Assembly (NCBI GenBank): GCA_046262595.1
Contig: JBHEMM010000006.1
Location: 13,085-29,648, forward strand
Source of the DNA: Vulcanimicrobiaceae bacterium
Lineage (GTDB): Bacteria; Vulcanimicrobiota; Vulcanimicrobiia; Vulcanimicrobiales; Vulcanimicrobiaceae
DNA: 16,564 bases
Direction of reading: 5' to 3'
Part shown: piece after piece, positions 8,279 through 14,736 of the stretch
Numbering within the stretch: position 1 is the first letter of the stretch
How the letters are laid out: each line of letters opens with the position of its first letter
Position numbers and translations under genes: made by a program
The notes under the pieces: generated by a model
What the model saw: only the letters and a program-made list of their open reading frames with translations
What the model was told of the DNA's origin: nothing
Databases searched by the model: none

Positions 8279-8587
8279 CCCGCGCGGATCGCGCGCAAGG
8301 ATTTCAACGGCGAGGCGATGCTGCTCAAAGCTGTCGCGGACCCGTACCGGCTTAAAATGCTTGCTACGCTCGCGAGTGTGAGCGGCGAGGTGTGCGTGTG
8401 CGATTTCGCCGATGCGCTGCCGCTCAATCAGCCGACCGTCTCGCATCATCTGCGGCTTCTGCGCGACGCCGGACTCATCAGTTCCGACCGCCGGGGAACG
8501 TGGGTTTATTACCGCTTGGAGGAAGGCGCATACGAGCGGCTGACCTCCGTATTGGGCAGCGTCTTCAGGCACAAAGTTCTTGCATGA
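8255..8587 (+). CDS. arsR: ArsR/SmtB family arsenic-responsive repressor
   Basis: KAVADPYRLKML, GEVCVCD metal-binding box, NQPTVSHHLRLLRDAGL, RRGTWVYYRL, plus an N-terminal CC pair. Confidence 0.9.
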   Translation: MSMQRCCVPARIARKDFNGEAMLLKAVADPYRLKMLATLASVSGEVCVCDFADALPLNQPTVSHHLRLLRDAGLISSDRRGTWVYYRLEEGAYERLTSVLGSVFRHKVLA

Positions 8588-8762
8588 AATCCGGAGATGC
8601 GTCCTGCACGTCCACCTGGCGCGCGGGTCCGCTGCGGAGTTTATCGGCACGGCGCTTTTGCTGGCAACGGTGATCGGTTCGGCCATTATGCGAAGCACTT
8701 ATGCAAGGAGTGCGCCGCTGATGCTGCTTGCGAACGCCCTCGTCAGAGGCGGCGCGCGTTAA
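8584..8762 (+). pseudogene. Truncated MIP/aquaporin (AqpS-like arsenite channel) remnant
   Basis: LARGSAAEFIGTALLLATVIGSAIM...LMLLANAL resembles TM1-2 of ars-operon aquaporins. The ATG at 8584 coupled to the arsR stop is out of frame with this homology. Stop at 8760-8762 comes before any NPA motif. Confidence 0.75.
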
Positions 8763-8935
8763 AAAAAGACGCCGTTCGACCACGTTATCACGATGTGCGA
8801 TGAGACGCACGCGCAAGCATGGCCGATGGTCCCCGTAACGGGCGCACCCCTTGGCAGTTTCCGGATCCGTCGGCCTTCGGCGGCACGCGCGCGGAACGCT
8901 TGGCCGCCACGCGCCGCGCACTGCGGCGTTGCAGA
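8763..8935 (+). pseudogene. arsC: Arsenate reductase (LMW-PTP-type ArsC) C-terminal remnant
   Basis: PFDHVITMCDETHAQAWPMVP, then a frameshift to WQFPDPSAFGGTRAERLAATRR (from 8852). Compare the family pattern FDYVITVCD..A.ACP..PG....HW.F.DP. The CX5R P-loop is missing. Confidence 0.75.
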
Positions 8936-8972
8936 GTTAGCGCAGCCGCAGGATGGGAAAATCACTCTCACC

Positions 8973-9560
8973 ATGGATATTGATACATCGTTGCGCGATA
9001 TCGCGCTCTTGCTTTCGCGGCTGACGCTCGGCGGCTCGATCGCCTCGCACGGCGCGCAAAAAATGTTCGGCGTGCTTGGCGGCCCCGGACTGAAAGCCAC
9101 CGCTGAGTCGATGGAATCGCTCGGGTTCTCACCAGGCGGACGTTATGCGCCGATGGTGGCTGCAACCGAAATGACCTCGGGAATGCTGATGATGCTCGGC
9201 GCGTTCGGACCGGTCGCGCCCGCAATGCTGCTTTCCGTCATGGTTGTCGCAATCGAAACCGTTCACAAGCCCAAAGGGTACTTCGCTCAAAACGGCGGCT
9301 ACGAGATGAACACGATGTATATTCTCAACGCCGTGCTGCTTGCCAACGAGGGTTACGGCGCTTATTCGGTGGACGAGATGCTCGCCGTGCGCACCAAATT
9401 GCGTCCCATCCACGGTTGGCTTACGCTCTTAGCCGGTGCCGCGGGTGCAATGCTGGTTTTAAGCCAGCGCAGCCAAAGCGGCGGGCAGCAAAGCGCAGAA
9501 AAGAGCGCCCACAAAAACGAAACGGCCGCCACCGATTCGGAAATCGGCGCGGCCGTTTAA
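8973..9560 (+). CDS. DoxX family membrane protein
   Basis: ATG 8973. LLLSRLTLGG..ASHGAQKMFG..GGPGL, E..SG..MMLG, VHKPKGYFAQNGGYE. Confidence 0.88.
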   Translation: MDIDTSLRDIALLLSRLTLGGSIASHGAQKMFGVLGGPGLKATAESMESLGFSPGGRYAPMVAATEMTSGMLMMLGAFGPVAPAMLLSVMVVAIETVHKPKGYFAQNGGYEMNTMYILNAVLLANEGYGAYSVDEMLAVRTKLRPIHGWLTLLAGAAGAMLVLSQRSQSGGQQSAEKSAHKNETAATDSEIGAAV

Positions 9561-9565
9561 CGTGG

Positions 9566-9641
9566 TGGTGCCAAGAGCCGGGATCGAACCGGCGACACCG
9601 CACTTTTCAGGCGCGTGCTCTACCAACTGAGCTATCTTGGC
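9566..9641 (-). tRNA. tRNA-Phe(GAA), CCA encoded
   Basis: Reverse complement GCCAAGATAGCTCAGTTGGTAGAGCACGCGCCTGAAAAGTGCGGTGTCGCCGGTTCGATCCCGGCTCTTGGCACCA. Anticodon loop CTGAAAA. Confidence 0.97.
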
Positions 9642-9735
9642 GAAAGACCTGCGCGGCGACCGCCCTGGCTTCGCTGCGGGGGTCTCGTACCCTGCCCTCG
9701 TTGTTTGACGGTTTGCGCGGCTTGCGCGCTGCACG

Positions 9736-10407
9736 TCACTCCTGAAAATCGACAGTAAACAAGTAAGAGCCCGGAATATTCTTGCACGCGCGCTCTTCGG
9801 GCGCGTACCGGCTCGCCTTTGCGGCATGAAGCGCCGCCATGTCGAGTTGCTGGTTTCCGGAGGTGCCGTAGATCGCGGCGCCGGACACGTTGCCTGCCGC
9901 ATCGAGATCGACTTTGACTTTGACTTGTGCAGCGATGCCTTGCGCGTCGGGCGGCGCTTGAGGCGTCACGGCGTCTACGGCGCTCGCTGCGACGTCGGGC
10001 GCGCTGCACGCGGGCTTCGGCGTAGGCGTGGGCCGTTGCGGAACACCGGTGGCCGTCACATCAGGCGCGGCGCTCGACGAGGGACTGGGCGCAGGTGTTC
10101 CCGGCGGTGCGGATGCAAGTCCAATGTGATGCGCCGCCGTGTCACGGTTATGCGTACGAACGAGATGGACGGGCAGGCGTTGCTGCGTGTTTGAAACGGC
10201 GCGCTGCGGCGTTACGGGATGCGGCTTGGGCGGCTGCGGCGTCGGTGTGGACTTCGGTAAGGCAAGACGGATAATGTGCAATCCCTCGGGCAGTTGTTCC
10301 GGCGCGGCTTGCGCCGGATGCGGATGCACGAGCGCGGCGACGGCGAGATGCACGGCAAGTGATCCGGCGATCGCGATGCGAAAGATACGAAGACGCGAAC
10401 CTTTCAT
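9736..10407 (-). CDS. TonB family energy transducer
   Basis: ATG 10407. TM helix with S-x3-H (SLAVH), a Pro-rich linker, and a TonB-C domain (VKVKVDLDAAGNV...TSGNQQLDMAALHAAKASRYAP). Confidence 0.85.
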   Translation of the reverse strand: MKGSRLRIFRIAIAGSLAVHLAVAALVHPHPAQAAPEQLPEGLHIIRLALPKSTPTPQPPKPHPVTPQRAVSNTQQRLPVHLVRTHNRDTAAHHIGLASAPPGTPAPSPSSSAAPDVTATGVPQRPTPTPKPACSAPDVAASAVDAVTPQAPPDAQGIAAQVKVKVDLDAAGNVSGAAIYGTSGNQQLDMAALHAAKASRYAPEERACKNIPGSYLFTVDFQE

Positions 10408-10436
10408 ATCGCAAGAACAAAAGGAATACGCATATT

Positions 10437-11513
10437 GTGACGATCGTCGTGCTTGGCCTGGGCGCAATGGGAAGTGCGGCGCTCTACCACCTCGCGCGGC
10501 GAGGCGAAAACGCGATCGGCATCGAGCAGTTCGGTCCGGCGCATACGAAGGGCGCTTCGCACGGGCGCTCGCGCATCATCCGGCAGGCGTATTTTGAAGA
10601 TCCGCGGTACGTGCCGCTGCTCTTGCGCGCGTACGAACTTTGGGATGCGTTGAATGAAGCCGCGGCCGAATCGGTGTGGGATCTGTGCGGCGGCCTAGCA
10701 ATCGGCATGAAAAACTGCGCGCTCATTTCGGGAAATCTGCGCGCTGCACAACGCTACGGTTTACCGCACGAAGTGCTCGATCGCCGCGCGATGGCGGAAC
10801 GCTTCCCCGCATTCCGGTTGAACGCGGACGAAATAGCGGTGTACGAAGCTGCCGCCGGCGTGCTCTTTCCGGAGCGATGCGTGCTCGAACATCTGCGCCA
10901 AGCCGTTGAAGCGGGCGCGCAAGCGCATTTCGGAACGCGCGTGACGGCGATTGCGCATCGCTCAGAGGGGATCGAACTTTCAACCGCGGACGGCGCCACG
11001 ATCGCGTGCGACCGGCTCGTCGCGACGGCGGGGCCCTGGATACGCGATTTCTTCGACGTGCCGGTGCGAGTGGAGCGCAACGTTCAGCATTGGTTCGCCA
11101 AGCCCGCGGCCGATGCGCCGCAGCAGATCTTCATGTTGGAACGCGCTGGATGGCCGCGCTTGTTCTATGGTTTTCCCGACTTCGGTGACGGCGTCAAAGC
11201 CGCGTTTCATCACTCCGGTGAGTTTGTGAGCGATGCCGGCGAGCACGATCCGGTTGCGCGGCCGGACGAGGTTCACGCCGTCGGGGCAGCGTTGGCGCAA
11301 ACGCTTTCGCACGCGCCGGGTGAACACTTACGATCGGAGCCGTGCATGTATGCCGTCACGCCGGACGAACACCGCAGCGTAGCCGTGGCCGGCGGCTTTT
11401 CCGGTCATGGCTTCAAATTCGCGTCCGTCGCCGGCGAAATTCTTGCTGACCTTGCAACCGCAGGCACGACGAGCCGCGATATTTCGCTGTTCGATCCGCT
11501 GCGCTTCGCCTGA
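10437..11513 (+). CDS. solA: N-methyl-L-tryptophan oxidase / monomeric sarcosine oxidase family
   Basis: GTG 10437 after AAGGA. GLGAMGS, ASHGRSRIIRQAYFE, covalent-FAD CMY, GFSGHGFKF. A short in-frame deletion is suspected near 11372. Confidence 0.9.
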   Translation: MTIVVLGLGAMGSAALYHLARRGENAIGIEQFGPAHTKGASHGRSRIIRQAYFEDPRYVPLLLRAYELWDALNEAAAESVWDLCGGLAIGMKNCALISGNLRAAQRYGLPHEVLDRRAMAERFPAFRLNADEIAVYEAAAGVLFPERCVLEHLRQAVEAGAQAHFGTRVTAIAHRSEGIELSTADGATIACDRLVATAGPWIRDFFDVPVRVERNVQHWFAKPAADAPQQIFMLERAGWPRLFYGFPDFGDGVKAAFHHSGEFVSDAGEHDPVARPDEVHAVGAALAQTLSHAPGEHLRSEPCMYAVTPDEHRSVAVAGGFSGHGFKFASVAGEILADLATAGTTSRDISLFDPLRFA

Positions 11514-11537
11514 GCGCGCGCGGGGTATAGGGCGCGC

Positions 11538-11816
11538 ATGGAAACAGGCGAGGGACTGAGCCGCGCGCTGAGCGCCGGCGATTACGTCATCCTAAGCACG
11601 GGCGCGATCGCGCGCGTCTCAACGGCGTATCCGCAAGGCTACCATGGTCCGGTGGAGATGACGCTGGACGGCCAGCCCATGAGCGAGCTTGCGGCAACGC
11701 TCGTGCTGCCCGATAACGATCAGGCCGCGGCAAGGCAAGGCGACGGCGGAGTTGCCGGCGGCAGCAGCGCGCACGCCTCGCATGTGCGTGAACCGCACCT
11801 GCGCATGGAAGATTGA
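11538..11816 (+). CDS. Hypothetical protein (92 aa)
   Basis: Fills the gap between solA and the GH1 stop without overlapping either. No recognised motif. Confidence 0.55.
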   Translation: METGEGLSRALSAGDYVILSTGAIARVSTAYPQGYHGPVEMTLDGQPMSELAATLVLPDNDQAAARQGDGGVAGGSSAHASHVREPHLRMED

Positions 11817-11826
11817 GCCGCCGGCT

Positions 11827-13944
11827 TCAGAAGTCGCGGATGATCTGCGCATACTGGGCGCTCGCCTCGGTGGGTTTACGCGTCAGCTGCGGATCGTCAT
11901 CGAGATCGATGTGATACAGGCCGAAGTCGCTGTTGTCGTCGAACGGCAATCCCCACTCCCGGTTCGATGTGATGCTCCAACAGACGTACGCTTCCAGCGG
12001 CGCGCCGCGCTCGCGCGCGCGTTTCACCTGCGCGATGTGCGCACGTAAATAGCGGGCGCGCGAAAAGCCGTCGGCGCTCGTGACGCAGCCGTTTTCGATC
12101 ACGACAATGGACTTGCCCGGAAACGCGTCCTGCGCTTCGCGTATGATTTCCTCGAGCACGCCCGGCCAGACGGGCGCATTCGCATAGCGGCATTCCGCCG
12201 CCGCGGCGAGCCGGTGGAATTGCAAAAACGACGGCGCGCCCCAGTAGTAATCCAAACCGACATAATCCAGCGCGCCAATGCATTCCGGCGGGCAGAGAAA
12301 TGCAGGCAACTTTCCGGCCATGCCCAGGTTCCACCAATTCGTTCCAATCAGCGTCCCAAACATCCCGATCGACTTGCGGAAGCCGTCAAACAAACGGAAC
12401 GCCGAACGGGTTGCGCTCAAGCGCCGTTTTCCGCTCAAAGCGATGAACGTTACGCGCGGCGTGCGGCCGTGAAAGATCTGTGCGGCAATATGCCTGGCCA
12501 CATCGGGCTCCAGGCCCGTGTACGCTCCGCGCTCGTCGCGCATGCACAGGCCTTCCACGCCCGGGTGCACGCCGACGCGAAGCACGCCGCGCTTGCGGAT
12601 TGCCTGCAGCGATTTATCCAGATCGGGAACGCTTTGGGCGTTCAACAAACGGCCTTCGACCGTTTTGCCGATATCGGCGACCGTTTTGCGGTTGTCGTTG
12701 GCGGGCAGCCCGGCAGTGCTCTTTTTAAAGTCGCGCAGGGCAGCATCCACGGCGTTGAGCAGCGCGCGGCTTCCCAACGGCATCGCGACAGCAAACAACT
12801 GCGGATTTGCCTGCAACCGCACGAGCGTCAGATCGCCGCCCGCGAACGGACGAAGCATGACATCATCGTCGAAGAGCACGTCGATCGCGCGCGCACGCAG
12901 CGCGGCGGCCGCAGCGGCGATGTCTTCGTAATAGCACACGTCCGCATCGACGAAGAGCCCGCCCGCGATTTTGGCCGTCGCGGTCCCGCTCACAACACCG
13001 GCGCGGCCGCGCCACCGGGCCGGATCGGACGGCGCGTCGCGATCTCGCCAATGCAGCAACGCAAGATGAGCGGCAAAATACGGCTCTGAGAAAAGCGCGT
13101 GCTCCCTGCGCGCTTGCGTCATCGTCAGCTGCGCGATTGAGATGTCGACCTCTCCGCGATCCAACAGCGAGGTCTGCGAGAGACGCGCCGCTTGGCGCCG
13201 CACGTTTTCGGGCGACTTCACGCGCGTGGCACTGCGATCCACCAAGCGCTGGAGCCAGCGCGGGAGGCCCAAAACCAGCGGGTTCGCGCCGACCAGCGCC
13301 GCGGGGCACACCTCGCGTATCGCGGCGCGCGCCTGCGCGTGCGCGCGAAACAAATTTGGAATCAAACGCAGGACGGCATCCATCTGCTGCTCGCCCGTCG
13401 CAAACGGCTCCATGCCCGGCGGCATCGGGTACGCGCGCATCCAAAAGCCTTTGATGTACCCGTAGACCAGTTGATTCGGCTCGTTCAGCGTGACGTAATA
13501 GTCGATCAAGCTGCCCAGACGGCGCGCCGCTTGCGCCGCATATGCGGCGACGCGGCCGGGAAAGCCCGGATCCAGCATGCCATCGCCGTCCCCCGCCGCC
13601 TGCACGTGAAGCGGCCACGTGTTATGATGCAGCGTAACGATCGTTTTCATGCCGGCATCGCGTACGTATTGAAGCACGCTCCGGTAGTGCTCGAACGCCG
13701 CGTCGTCCCATACGCCGCTTTGCGGTTCCAAGCGCGCCCATGCAAGCGAGAGACGGAACGCTCTGCAGCCCAGACCCTTGGCCAAATCGACGTCCTCGCG
13801 ATACCGGTTCCAGAAGTCCGTTCCCCGGCCGCGCGGTGTCAGGCCGCGAACGCGTTCCCATACGTCCCGCACGTCGTCGTTGCCGTCGTAGGCCTCGCAC
13901 TGGTGGTCGGCCGTTGCCACTCCGAAGCGGAAATCACGTTCCAT
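11827..13944 (-). CDS. Glycoside hydrolase family 1 with an inserted, circularly permuted SBP_bac_3 domain
   Basis: ATG 13944, 705 aa. GH1 motifs FRFGVATADHQCE, DFWNRYRED, FRLSLAWARLEP, TLNEP, DYVGLDYY, IENG, WSITSNREW and FGLY. SBP-like sequence spans about 12412-13167. Confidence 0.9.
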   Translation of the reverse strand: MERDFRFGVATADHQCEAYDGNDDVRDVWERVRGLTPRGRGTDFWNRYREDVDLAKGLGCRAFRLSLAWARLEPQSGVWDDAAFEHYRSVLQYVRDAGMKTIVTLHHNTWPLHVQAAGDGDGMLDPGFPGRVAAYAAQAARRLGSLIDYYVTLNEPNQLVYGYIKGFWMRAYPMPPGMEPFATGEQQMDAVLRLIPNLFRAHAQARAAIREVCPAALVGANPLVLGLPRWLQRLVDRSATRVKSPENVRRQAARLSQTSLLDRGEVDISIAQLTMTQARREHALFSEPYFAAHLALLHWRDRDAPSDPARWRGRAGVVSGTATAKIAGGLFVDADVCYYEDIAAAAAALRARAIDVLFDDDVMLRPFAGGDLTLVRLQANPQLFAVAMPLGSRALLNAVDAALRDFKKSTAGLPANDNRKTVADIGKTVEGRLLNAQSVPDLDKSLQAIRKRGVLRVGVHPGVEGLCMRDERGAYTGLEPDVARHIAAQIFHGRTPRVTFIALSGKRRLSATRSAFRLFDGFRKSIGMFGTLIGTNWWNLGMAGKLPAFLCPPECIGALDYVGLDYYWGAPSFLQFHRLAAAAECRYANAPVWPGVLEEIIREAQDAFPGKSIVVIENGCVTSADGFSRARYLRAHIAQVKRARERGAPLEAYVCWSITSNREWGLPFDDNSDFGLYHIDLDDDPQLTRKPTEASAQYAQIIRDF

Positions 13945-14004
13945 CGCCGCAATGTTCGTTGCAGCTAGCGGTTCACTCCGCCCGCGTGAAGAATCTACCG
14001 CCCA

Positions 14005-14736
14005 ATGAGATTCAGCAACAAGACGTGCCTCGTAACAGGAGGAGGCTCCGGCATCGGACGCGCCACTTGCCTGCGCATGGCCGCAGAGGGCGCCAACGTG
14101 GTGGTGGCAGACCTGCGGCAAGACGCGGCGCAAGCGACCGTTGACGCGATTACCGCGGCAAACGGTCAAGCCGTCGCCGTCGCGGTGGACGTGGGGAACT
14201 CCGCTCAGGTGCAAGCCGCGATCGCCAAAGCGCTACAGACGTACGATTCGCTCGACGTGATCGTGAACGACGCGGCGATGATGACGTTCAACCCGATCGT
14301 CGACCTTGCCGAAGCGGACTTCTTCCACGTCATCACGACGAATCTGGGCTCGGTGTTTTTCTTTGCGAAGTACGGCGCACCGCACATGCCGCCCGGATCG
14401 GCGATCGTGAACATCAGTTCGGTGCACGCGCATGAAACGACCGACAACGTCGTACCCTATGCGGCCTCAAAGGGCGCCATCGAAGCGTTCACGCGCGGTT
14501 TCAGCATGGAGATGGAATCGCGTAAGATCCGCATCAATTCCGTGGCGCCCGGAGCGGTCGATACGCCCATGCTCTGGAACAATCCCGACATCAAGAGCGG
14601 CGCCGAAAAAATAGAAGGCGCGGTGGGTAAACCCGAAGATCTCGCTGCTGCGATATGCTTTATGGCCTCGGACGAAGCGCGTTTCATCAACGGCACGACG
14701 CTGGTTGTCGACGGCGGCCGTTTGGACATTCTGTAG
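14005..14736 (+). CDS. SDR family oxidoreductase (glucose 1-dehydrogenase-like)
   Basis: TGGGSGIG, NISSVH, YAASK, INSVAPG, FINGTTLVVDGG. Confidence 0.92.
   Translation: MRFSNKTCLVTGGGSGIGRATCLRMAAEGANVVVADLRQDAAQATVDAITAANGQAVAVAVDVGNSAQVQAAIAKALQTYDSLDVIVNDAAMMTFNPIVDLAEADFFHVITTNLGSVFFFAKYGAPHMPPGSAIVNISSVHAHETTDNVVPYAASKGAIEAFTRGFSMEMESRKIRINSVAPGAVDTPMLWNNPDIKSGAEKIEGAVGKPEDLAAAICFMASDEARFINGTTLVVDGGRLDIL

Noticed and set aside
8793..8972. Apparent ArsC-DoxX fusion
   Set aside because: ArsC homology shifts frame by about 8840, so the open frame into DoxX is coincidental.
8180..9641. Integrative element at tRNA-Phe carrying ars and doxX
   Set aside because: No integrase and no duplicated tRNA 3' end (att site) was seen in the window.
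12412..13167. GH1 insert as an intein or as two separate frameshifted genes
   Set aside because: There are no intein splice motifs, the reading frame is continuous, and the insert has SBP motifs.
13945..14214. N-terminal extension of the 795-aa GH1 ORF
   Set aside because: It overlaps the SDR on the opposite strand, and GH1 homology starts at MERDFRFG (13944).
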